Source of the DNA: Candidatus Micrarchaeia archaeon
GTDB lineage: Archaea; Micrarchaeota; Micrarchaeia; Norongarragalinales; UBA8480
Reading direction: 5' to 3'
Length of the DNA: 64,000 nt
Assembly: GCA_039794045.1 (NCBI GenBank)
Contig: JBAMLY010000001.1
Coordinates: 1-64,000 of the forward strand
Part shown: positions 56,425 to 64,000 of the stretch, one piece after another
Layout of the letters: each line of letters begins with the position of its first letter
Numbering within the stretch: the stretch's first letter is position 1
Made by a program: the position numbers and the translations under genes
Notes under the pieces: generated by a model
What the model was told of the DNA's origin: nothing
Seen by the model: only the letters and a program-made list of their open reading frames with translations
Database searches by the model: none

Positions 56425-57186
56425 ATGGCTGAAACAGTCAAGCTTGTGTTGTTGCGCCACGGTGAAAGCGAGTGGAACAAGCAAAACAAGTTCACTGGCT
56501 GGACTGACGTGGGCTTGAGCGCACGAGGCAAGAAAGAGGCAGTTAAGGCAGGCAAAAAGCTTTCGCGGGCGGGATTCTCGTTTGACGTTGTGTTCGAGTC
56601 TTTCTTGAAGCGCACGCATCAAACCACTGACTTGGTTTTAAAGGAAATGCGCATTAACCCAAGACGAGAAAAAACCTGGCGTTTGAACGAGAGGCACTAC
56701 GGCGCGCTTCAAGGACTCAACAAGGCAGAGACTGCCGTTAAGTACGGCGAAGCGCAAGTGAAGTTGTGGCGGCGCAGTTATTCGGTGCGGCCGCCTGCGT
56801 TGCAGGCAAGCGACCCCCGCAATCCAGCCAAAGACCCCTTGTACGCAGGAGTGCCGAAAAAGTTTTTGCCTTTGACTGAATCGCTGGCGGACACCGTAAA
56901 ACGAGTGCTGCCTTTCTGGCGCGAGAAAGTTGTTCCGTTGCTGAAGAAGAAGAAAAAAATCTTGATTTCCGCGAGCGGGAACAGCATTCGCGCCATAGTC
57001 AAGTACTTGGACAAGCTCTCGGAAAAAGAGGTAGTGGAACTAAACATTCCAACCGGCATTCCATTAGTCTACGAGTTCGACTCGCGGTTGAAGCCGATTA
57101 AAAAGTATTACTTGGCGAGCCAAAAAGAGTTAAGGAAGGCGCTAGCTAGAGTAGCAGCACAAGGAAAAGCAAGAAAGCGAGGCTAG
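56425..57186 (+). CDS. gpmA: cofactor-dependent phosphoglycerate mutase (dPGM)
   Basis: LRHGESEWN, FTGWTDV, LNERHYGALQGLNK, WRRSY, IPTGIP. Confidence 0.93.
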   Translation: MAETVKLVLLRHGESEWNKQNKFTGWTDVGLSARGKKEAVKAGKKLSRAGFSFDVVFESFLKRTHQTTDLVLKEMRINPRREKTWRLNERHYGALQGLNKAETAVKYGEAQVKLWRRSYSVRPPALQASDPRNPAKDPLYAGVPKKFLPLTESLADTVKRVLPFWREKVVPLLKKKKKILISASGNSIRAIVKYLDKLSEKEVVELNIPTGIPLVYEFDSRLKPIKKYYLASQKELRKALARVAAQGKARKRG

Positions 57187-57386
57187 TCTATTTTTATTGC
57201 TTTCACTGGACAGTTTACTTCGCAGGCGTGGCATTGAATGCAGTCGTCTTCAGCGCCTGGCCTGATGCTGGTTTTTTTCCCGTTCAACGCGTAACAACTC
57301 ATGGGGCACACTTTCACGCACGTGCCGCAGCCAGTGCACTTGTCTAAGTCTACTGTAATTGGTCCCTTTGAAATCACGTTAGCCAT
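57183..57386 (-). CDS. 2[4Fe-4S] ferredoxin
   Basis: CTGCGTCVKVCP and CIQCHACEVNCP. Confidence 0.93.
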   Translation of the reverse strand: MANVISKGPITVDLDKCTGCGTCVKVCPMSCYALNGKKTSIRPGAEDDCIQCHACEVNCPVKAIKID

Positions 57387-57457
57387 AAAGCAATTACCTC
57401 CCACAAATAAACTCTGCAACACTTAAAAAGGTTCTCCAATTCGGCATAAAACGAAAT

Positions 57458-58015
57458 TTATTTTTTTATTGTTGACGCCATTTTCTTGCCACGCAAAACT
57501 TCTGCTTGAAAGCTTTTCACTCGCTGTTCTTGAAAGCCGGCGGCTTTCGCGCGAACTTGGCGCATCTTGTTTTGTATAGAGTGAAATGCTTTCACTGCCG
57601 CAGCAAGCGCGTCTCGCTCGTGCGCGTTAGCGGGCTCGAGCCGCGAAGCAGTGACGCGCAAGTGCTTTTCAACCAAACGCGTTTTCTCGAGCTGGCCCAG
57701 CGAGTGCGTGGGCTTGAAGAGCTTTGCGTTGAAGGCCGCTTTCACTTGCCTCGCCAGCTTGCTTGCAGGGTTGACGTCGGACGCGACCAAAAGAGGCGAG
57801 TCGGCAGCAACACTCATTACTTCCCCAATTATTTCCGAAGCGCTCCAGTTCTTCTTGCTTTCCAGCGCAACTATTCTTCCGTCGTAGTCGAGTATTGCAA
57901 CCGCGCTTGTAGCGCCCCCGTCAACTCCCACAATTATTTCGCAACGCCTCCAGTGGCTTGCACTAAAAAAACGAAAAACTAAAAGAAATAAAGAAAAGAA
58001 TGAAATGGCTTGCAA
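57458..58015 (-). CDS. DUF460 (RNase H-fold) protein
   Basis: IVGVDGGATSAVAILD, VASDVNP, HERDALAAA; true start probably downstream of 58015. Confidence 0.8.
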   Translation of the reverse strand: MQAISFFSLFLLVFRFFSASHWRRCEIIVGVDGGATSAVAILDYDGRIVALESKKNWSASEIIGEVMSVAADSPLLVASDVNPASKLARQVKAAFNAKLFKPTHSLGQLEKTRLVEKHLRVTASRLEPANAHERDALAAAVKAFHSIQNKMRQVRAKAAGFQEQRVKSFQAEVLRGKKMASTIKK

Positions 58016-58846
58016 TCAGCCTTTGCGTGACGTAATGTAGAGGAGAGTGTTGTAAACAAGGGAATAGCTTTGAGTGCTTTTAGCTGGGTCGAACGCAAAA
58101 TAGATTACTTTGCCTAAGCCTAGTCCCTTGCTTTCTATTATGCCGTAATAAACTTGTGTGGAATCACCGGTGTCCACTGCGGCAAGCACTTCGCCTTTCG
58201 TGGGAGTTACTTTGACGATGTCGCCGCTGAAGTCAACGTAGCCGCGTTGTTGAGCGCCAGTCAAGCCATTAAATATTGGGTGGTCCCAGTTGTAGACGCG
58301 GAGCCTGCCTTCAGCGAAGTTTCGGCTTAGCTTTCCTATCTCTACTGGCATGACGTCTCCGAGAGTGTGAACGCCAATCTTCCATCCGTACACTGTTGGG
58401 TCCTCGCGCACGGTAGTGCACGCGTCACCGATTACGATCAGTTTGCCTCCGCCGTTAACGAAGTCGGCGAGTTTCTCGCGCGCAGCGAAACTGCAGTCAC
58501 GCCTTCCCTGCAGTATGACTACGTCGTAGTTCTTCAAGGAAAAACCGCGTCCGACATCGTCTGGGCTAATGTCTGGAACGGTGGTGACTTTCTTTATCAC
58601 AGCTATTTGCTCGCTTGAGAGAATCTCGTTCATTTCAGGCGACAAGTGGCCGACTACCGCGACTTTCGTGGTCGCGCCGCCAACCAAGTTTTCGAGAATG
58701 GGTATGCCTTGCACTGGAATCAAACCAAACTTTGCTCCAATGAACACGGCTAGAATAATAAGCAAGATTACTGGAATGGCTCCCTCGGTACCGCCTTTTT
58801 GTCCTCGCTTCAAACAAATCACCCGCAATAGTTTTTTGGGTTTCAA
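58016..58846 (-). CDS. membrane-anchored protein with class I GATase-like (flavodoxin) fold
   Basis: N-terminal TM, LKNYDVVILQG...LADFVNGGGKLIV; start uncertain. Confidence 0.65.
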   Translation of the reverse strand: MKPKKLLRVICLKRGQKGGTEGAIPVILLIILAVFIGAKFGLIPVQGIPILENLVGGATTKVAVVGHLSPEMNEILSSEQIAVIKKVTTVPDISPDDVGRGFSLKNYDVVILQGRRDCSFAAREKLADFVNGGGKLIVIGDACTTVREDPTVYGWKIGVHTLGDVMPVEIGKLSRNFAEGRLRVYNWDHPIFNGLTGAQQRGYVDFSGDIVKVTPTKGEVLAAVDTGDSTQVYYGIIESKGLGLGKVIYFAFDPAKSTQSYSLVYNTLLYITSRKG

Positions 58847-58914
58847 ACGTTAATAAACTTACGCGTCGCTTATAAAAAGCTATGCTGGAAGGACAACCAA
58901 ATCAAGCGCTTGGC

Positions 58915-59844
58915 TTAGCATGCCACCAAGTAATCTAAAACGTTGTTGAGCAAGCCAGTCATCTTGTCTGAAATCATTTCCAAGGGGAAGGCAACGTAAA
59001 CAATTCGCGAAACGTATTTCGTGTCTATGATTGCTGGATAGGATTGGTTGCCTCCAAGCACTAGGACTGCCACTTTAGTGGAGCCTGCGACGGCGCCGCT
59101 TGGCTTCTCGTTCACTACCGCGTAAGGCAAGCCAGGCGACATGCTGCCGAGAGGCAGTTCGCGCGGCATTCCAGGTGCAGAGCCTTCTGGAGCGAAGCCC
59201 ACGCCGCTTCCCAGTAAGCTGCCTGAGTCTACCACGCGTAATACAAGGTTGGGGGAAGCCGTTTCCGCGCGCACGAAGGAAATTCCTGCGTAAAGCGAGC
59301 CGAGTTCGCCGAAGCCCTTCGTGTTGTTGACTTTCTTCAAGAACTTCTCGTAGTATCCTGGCTTTGATGCGTTTAAGGAGAGGGCTTCAGCGAGTTCTTC
59401 TGGCGTCACCGCGTAATTAGATGCTGAGTCGGCTTGCCAGACGAGGTTTCCGCCGCCGTCCAAGAATGACTGCAGCGCCGCGGCTTGCGCGAAAGTAATC
59501 GTGCGCGCGCGGTCTAAGAACACGACGTCATAGTTTTTCAGCAAGCCAGCGCTGATTTCCTGCAAGGGAATGCGGGTGGGAGCGCTGTTGGGTTTCGCGT
59601 GAGCAATCAAGTTTTCAAGTTTTTCTGGGTCTCCTGCACCGTCGTCGCCGTAAACTATAGCTATTCTAGACGGAGCGCGCTCTATTACTCCACAGTAAAA
59701 CCCTTGCCATCCTGGAATGTCGCGGGGGTGAATGAAGTGAAACTTTGTTAGGACGACGAGCAAGGCGATGACGAGAACAAAGAGGACGACGACGTTCACT
59801 AATTGTTTTCCCTTGCTGGAAGCCTGCGAAGGAGGAGCGTACAT
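58915..59844 (-). CDS. membrane-anchored protein, paralogue of the downstream gene
   Basis: N-terminal TM, LKNYDVVFLD...LQSFLDGGGNLVW. Confidence 0.65.
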   Translation of the reverse strand: MYAPPSQASSKGKQLVNVVVLFVLVIALLVVLTKFHFIHPRDIPGWQGFYCGVIERAPSRIAIVYGDDGAGDPEKLENLIAHAKPNSAPTRIPLQEISAGLLKNYDVVFLDRARTITFAQAAALQSFLDGGGNLVWQADSASNYAVTPEELAEALSLNASKPGYYEKFLKKVNNTKGFGELGSLYAGISFVRAETASPNLVLRVVDSGSLLGSGVGFAPEGSAPGMPRELPLGSMSPGLPYAVVNEKPSGAVAGSTKVAVLVLGGNQSYPAIIDTKYVSRIVYVAFPLEMISDKMTGLLNNVLDYLVAC

Positions 59845-59922
59845 GAAGTGATTTAGTAAAACCAACTTTTAAATATTGAGTTAAACAAGAAATCTTACAG
59901 TGTTTTTGGAGGGTGCAAGAGA

Positions 59923-60075
59923 ATGGGCGAAAAGCTTTCAATGCCGTCTTCATCGACTGGACTAATGCGTTTTTATGATGTCAGCGCAAGCAAGATACAA
60001 TTGGGTCCCAAGCTCGTCGTGGGAGCGTGCGTTGCGTTCATACTACTCGAAATATTTCTTGGCTTGCTGCACTAA
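59923..60075 (+). CDS. secG: preprotein translocase Sec61-beta (SecG)
   Basis: MGEKLSMPSSSTGLMRFYDVSASKIQLGPKLVV...; GL.RFY and I...P..V signature; 50 aa, absent from the ORF track. Confidence 0.9.
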   Translation: MGEKLSMPSSSTGLMRFYDVSASKIQLGPKLVVGACVAFILLEIFLGLLH

Positions 60076-60079
60076 GGCT

Positions 60080-60355
60080 TCACTCGAGCGGTATTGCTCC
60101 TTCTCTGTTCAAGCAGTTTTCCAGTGCTTCTCGTGGGTCGCCCCACTCTAGCAATACTCTGTTGGGAACGCCTCGAGGGGCGAGCTTCAAGCTGAGTTCC
60201 TCGGCTTTCCCCCTCATTTTCTCGAGGCGGGATTCAAGCTCGCCAGCCAAACCGTGCTTGGGCGCGACAACCAAAATGATTAGTTCTTCTCCTGAATAGT
60301 TTTCAGCCAAGAACGTGTCCTCGTCGCCGGTGGCAATCAAGAAAACGTGTTTCAT
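60080..60355 (-). CDS. truncated UspA-like protein
   Basis: GVPNRVLLEWGDPREAL resembles the universal stress protein core. Confidence 0.55.
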   Translation of the reverse strand: MKHVFLIATGDEDTFLAENYSGEELIILVVAPKHGLAGELESRLEKMRGKAEELSLKLAPRGVPNRVLLEWGDPREALENCLNREGAIPLE

Positions 60356-60390
60356 GAAACTAATTTAGCAGCAAAAATTAAAGAAGTATG

Positions 60391-60999
60391 TTACTTGACT
60401 GCGACGAAGAAGCCCTTCTTTTTTTCTAGGACTTCCCCGTCTTCCTTTAATACTTGGAGGGCGGCAATGCACGCCGCTTCTTCCAATCCAGTTGAAGCGG
60501 AAATGCGGGAGGCAGTCAGTGGTTCCTTGCCTGACAAGACGGGCAACAGCTTGGAGGACGCTTTCTCGAGGAAAGAAGAAGAAACCACGTAAAACTTTTT
60601 ATCGAAGCCTCTCACGCCGCGCACGCTTCCCGCTTTTATGTCGCGCTCGAGAAGCCTGGAAAGCGCTTTGGCGTCCTCCTCGTTTTCTATTACGATGAAG
60701 CCCTTGGCATCTAATTGATTTAAGGGAGAGTTCGCGCGCGCCCGCAAAGGAGTTGAAGGCGTTTGAAGCGCTTGCTGTGGCCGCGCTTGCGGGGTTTCTT
60801 GAGCAACGCAGCGCGACAGCAACTCGGCGAAAACGCTTTTCTTGGAGTCTTCGGCGAGTTTGAAGCGGCTCACGAGCACGAAAACTCCTGGTTCTACCTC
60901 GAAGAACTCGTACTCGTCGTTCTCGTGTACGCTGCTGCTCTTGCGCAGCGGCTCGGGCAAGACTATGGCGAGGCTGTCCCCGTGCTTGAAAAAACGCAT
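60391..60999 (-). CDS. AbrB-like DNA-binding domain + winged-helix protein
   Basis: MRFFKHGDSLAIVLP...DEYEF (AbrB/MazE-like); C-terminal wHTH-like LKEDGEVLEKKKGFF. Confidence 0.7.
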   Translation of the reverse strand: MRFFKHGDSLAIVLPEPLRKSSSVHENDEYEFFEVEPGVFVLVSRFKLAEDSKKSVFAELLSRCVAQETPQARPQQALQTPSTPLRARANSPLNQLDAKGFIVIENEEDAKALSRLLERDIKAGSVRGVRGFDKKFYVVSSSFLEKASSKLLPVLSGKEPLTASRISASTGLEEAACIAALQVLKEDGEVLEKKKGFFVAVK

Positions 61000-61031
61000 T
61001 TTTTCTTCCCTCAAAAGAAAACGCAAGCAAG

Positions 61032-61688
61032 TTAAATTGCTTTTCCTAGCGGCTTTTCAGTGACTTTGCCGCCTGGCTTTTCTTCGCAGAATACTTGCGC
61101 TTGAAAAACGTAAACGCGGGCTACTGGCTTTCCGTTTCTCTCGGCGCGCCAAGCGCGCGCAGGCAGGCCTGCCTTCAAGCAAACGCAGTCCAGGAACTTT
61201 TCAGCGTCAAAACCTTCTTCTACGGCGACTTGAGGCAAGAGCAAGCCGCTTGCTCCTCCCACCTCTATAATCAAGCCGTCCCTGCCTACTTTGACTGCTT
61301 CCACGAAGTCTTCAGGCTTGCGTGCCAGCACTTGCTTTGGCTTAGTCAAAACGCTTACTTCCACTATTACTTTGTCTAGCTCGCTGCGCGAGAGGGGGGG
61401 AAAGCGGGGGTCAGCGAATGCTGCTTGAAGCGCGAGTTCTGAGACTTCCTCGTCCACCGCCGAAACAGGCAAGGGATAACCTATGCAGCCCCTCAAACCG
61501 CTTGCGAGAGAGCGCAGCGTCACAAATGCTCCGAGCGCTTCGAGCGATGCGTTCTTGCCTAGTTCTTTTTCGCGCAGCTTCTTCACTTCCTCTTTGGAAA
61601 ACTCTTTTCCTTGGTTGAAGAAGTGTTTGAGGGAAGCACGGGCAAGAGAAACCAGGAACCGTCCTTGTTCAAGTGAGAGCATAACCAT
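61032..61688 (-). CDS. AMMECR1 family protein
   Basis: GAFVTL, LRGCIG, AAFADPRF, EVSVLT, GLLLPQV, CLKAGL. Confidence 0.93.
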   Translation of the reverse strand: MVMLSLEQGRFLVSLARASLKHFFNQGKEFSKEEVKKLREKELGKNASLEALGAFVTLRSLASGLRGCIGYPLPVSAVDEEVSELALQAAFADPRFPPLSRSELDKVIVEVSVLTKPKQVLARKPEDFVEAVKVGRDGLIIEVGGASGLLLPQVAVEEGFDAEKFLDCVCLKAGLPARAWRAERNGKPVARVYVFQAQVFCEEKPGGKVTEKPLGKAI

Positions 61689-61718
61689 ACTTAAAAAGGA
61701 GGGTTTATTTATTTTGGC

Positions 61719-64000
61719 ATGAGAGCTGCGGCGTTGTTCTCTTTCTTGTTGGCTGTCTTTACAGCGCAAGCTGCTGCCTTCCATGAGTTCGCGCAACTCA
61801 TTCCGCAGGGAAGCGAGTACGCGGCATTCAACGCCTTCTCTCAGGCAAGCAGTTGTGTTGGCATGAACGGCGAATTCTTGTTGGCTTCCTCGGACTTGGA
61901 AACGGAAAAGCTTTTCGCTGACTCGCTGCAGTTGGCCGCGCAGTGCAAGAACAACATGAAGTCAGCTCAGTGGATAGCGCATTACCAGTCTCATACGCTT
62001 TTTGGTTGGGGTTCAATGTTGATGGGAGCGTTTTTCTGCTTTTATGACGCGGCAACGGGCTTGAATTACTGTTCTTCTGCGGCGCGGTCGGGCTTGAACG
62101 TGGTGGACGAGGCGCTTGCGCAGTTGGAGTACGCGGCAGGAGAAAATTATTCTGGAATGGCTGGCGGCGTCATCGCGGAAGCAAGAGAAGCAGAAAAAAA
62201 GTTGAATGAAAAAAACTTTTCAGGCAGGTTCGCTGAATCGTTTAACAAGGCTTCAACTGCGGCGAGTGCGGCGTGGCAGTCCCTTGCAACGCGTCCCAGT
62301 GCGCCTGCCTTCACTTTCGCGGCAGCTTCTCTCGTATCAACGTCTTCTCTTCTCTCCGAGGAAATGATTTTGGCGCGCAAGATAGTCGAAGCCGAATACG
62401 AGTTGGAGAGGGAGAGGGCAACAGCAGAAGAAGAAGCGGAAAGGCTTCAAGCAATAACTGAAACTCGGTTGTCTGAAGCCGTGGAGCAAAAGCTTTACTT
62501 GGCAAGCGAAGCCTCGGCAGCACTCGCTATGGGTGGGGGCGCGCTCTTGCTTGAAGGGGGGAACACGGAGACTTTCGGGGAGGCCGTGGCGCGCGCTAAG
62601 TGGGAGGAAGAAGAGGGGAGCGCGCTATTGTCTCTGGCGCGCAAGACTGGGGCGGCAAAGAACAAGGGCTTCTTGGGCGACGCCATTAAAGCCTTGCGCC
62701 AGTCGCAGGAAAGGTTTTCTTCCGCGGCTTCCTTGCTGGAGGAAACAATGAAGCGAGCCGAGAAACTAGAGCAAAAACTTGACGCAGCGGTGGCCGAGCG
62801 CTACGCAGAAGTTTCGTCGGTTGTTTCAAAGCGTTTGACGAGTGCTCCCGAGAGCGCAGGCAGGGCGTCTTCGTTGCTCGAGCAAGTGCGGAAGGAGTTG
62901 GAGAAGCAGCCGAGCGCTCGCGGCGAGAGAATCGCTTTTCTTTGCAGGCACTTGACGTTGCTTAACGGCGTGCTTGCAGTGGCTGCCGCGCCGCAACAAG
63001 AGCCGTTGTTGAGGAACAAAGTCAACACCAAAATAAATTGGGCGCAACAAATACTGGAAAAAGCCGAGAAAGACGGCGTGGTCGTAGACTTCCAGAAAGC
63101 GCAGTTGAAGTCAGTTGAAGCCGCGGCGGAAGGCATTTCTTCGGACGAGAAGGGCGTGGCCGCCCTCGTGGAACTTGAAAGGGAAGTGGACGCTATAGTG
63201 AAAAGCGTTTACGGGGCGGCGCTGGAAAAGTATTCGTGGCTGGAAGGGGACTGGAAGTTCTTGGAGGAAGCAAGGGAAGCACTGCAAGTATCAGAGCAAG
63301 AAAAACTTTCTTCCAAGGCACAGTATTTTTGGGGCGGCTTGAATGTGGAAGCTGCTTTGGGGGAGTTGCAGGAAACAGCGAAAGTAGTTGAAAGAGAAAA
63401 GGCTCTCGCTGAAAGCAGGCTTCCTCAATTGGTTGCGCGCCTCCTCGCTCAAAATGCGGTGGTAACCCAGGAAAAAAGAGAGAACTGGGTTGATAACGCC
63501 ACCGAAGTTGACGTGAAAATAGTTTTGCGGAACCCGTTAAGCGTTGCCGTGAACGAGGCAGTGGAAGTTGAGTTGGACGAGTTGAAGCCATTGGCTGGCG
63601 CGGCTTACGTCATAATAGTTAACGCGAGCGAGGGAGTGAGCTTGAACGATGAAAAAATTGTTTTGGAGAGCGTGAGGGCGGGTGGGGAATACTTCTTGCA
63701 CTTGCGTTACGCGTCAGTGGCAGCGAAAACGATTTCTTTTACTGAAAGCACTGAGTGGGCTTCGTTGTCTGAGGCCAGGAAAAAAATAACGTGGGGCTTC
63801 ACTTGCGCGGCAGCAGGAGAAGTCGTGCTAGCGAGAAGAGTGGCGGGACGCGTTTCTGGTGCTTGGGCTTCCTTTGGCGCCACGGCTTTTTTTGACTCGC
63901 AAAGCAAAACAAGCACGGTGGGAGCGAGAGCGTACTGCTTGCCTGGAGCCAACAAAATCGAAATAAGTTACTCTATTGCCGAGCCGTTCGCCGTCACACG
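61719..64000 (+). CDS. large secreted protein, truncated by the window edge
   Basis: ATG 61719 MRAAALFSFLLAVFTAQAAA signal peptide; frame appears open to the window end, which explains its absence from the ORF track. Confidence 0.75.
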   Translation, partial: MRAAALFSFLLAVFTAQAAAFHEFAQLIPQGSEYAAFNAFSQASSCVGMNGEFLLASSDLETEKLFADSLQLAAQCKNNMKSAQWIAHYQSHTLFGWGSMLMGAFFCFYDAATGLNYCSSAARSGLNVVDEALAQLEYAAGENYSGMAGGVIAEAREAEKKLNEKNFSGRFAESFNKASTAASAAWQSLATRPSAPAFTFAAASLVSTSSLLSEEMILARKIVEAEYELERERATAEEEAERLQAITETRLSEAVEQKLYLASEASAALAMGGGALLLEGGNTETFGEAVARAKWEEEEGSALLSLARKTGAAKNKGFLGDAIKALRQSQERFSSAASLLEETMKRAEKLEQKLDAAVAERYAEVSSVVSKRLTSAPESAGRASSLLEQVRKELEKQPSARGERIAFLCRHLTLLNGVLAVAAAPQQEPLLRNKVNTKINWAQQILEKAEKDGVVVDFQKAQLKSVEAAAEGISSDEKGVAALVELEREVDAIVKSVYGAALEKYSWLEGDWKFLEEAREALQVSEQEKLSSKAQYFWGGLNVEAALGELQETAKVVEREKALAESRLPQLVARLLAQNAVVTQEKRENWVDNATEVDVKIVLRNPLSVAVNEAVEVELDELKPLAGAAYVIIVNASEGVSLNDEKIVLESVRAGGEYFLHLRYASVAAKTISFTESTEWASLSEARKKITWGFTCAAAGEVVLARRVAGRVSGAWASFGATAFFDSQSKTSTVGARAYCLPGANKIEISYSIAEPFAVT

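Noticed and set aside
1..64000. CRISPR arrays, IS elements, rRNA genes
   Set aside because: No regularly spaced repeats, transposase motifs or rRNA-like stretches were seen; nearly all sequence is accounted for by CDS or tRNA

Overview
This is gene-dense archaeal chromosome; the gene content suggests a DPANN, Micrarchaeota-like lineage (inference). Most of the window is core housekeeping: the exosome/proteasome/RNase P superoperon (1.1-6.6 kb), alba, uL16, ttuA, ppsA, serS, aRF1, truD, nmd3, sepF/cdc6, top6AB-dim2-rio1-aIF1A-aIF2b, mcm, aIF5A, minD, Sm and Sec61b. There are three tRNAs. Less ordinary features: (i) a long RelA/SpoT homologue (degenerate HD + synthetase + TGS), unexpected in an archaeon; (ii) a group 3b [NiFe]-hydrogenase cassette with a HypA-maturation-protease fusion and a His-rich GILT/DsbA-like membrane protein, lying between a ubiquitin-like sulfur carrier and ttuA; (iii) two tRNAs with bulge-helix-bulge (BHB) introns at non-canonical positions (Ala D-loop 20/21, Val T-loop 59/60) flanking a HIT gene; (iv) a lipoprotein gene broken by an in-frame TAA; (v) several small ORFs missing from the ORF track; (vi) Cys-rich and other large surface proteins. 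No rRNA, CRISPR array, transposase or integrase was seen. All calls come from motif recognition by eye, with no database search.
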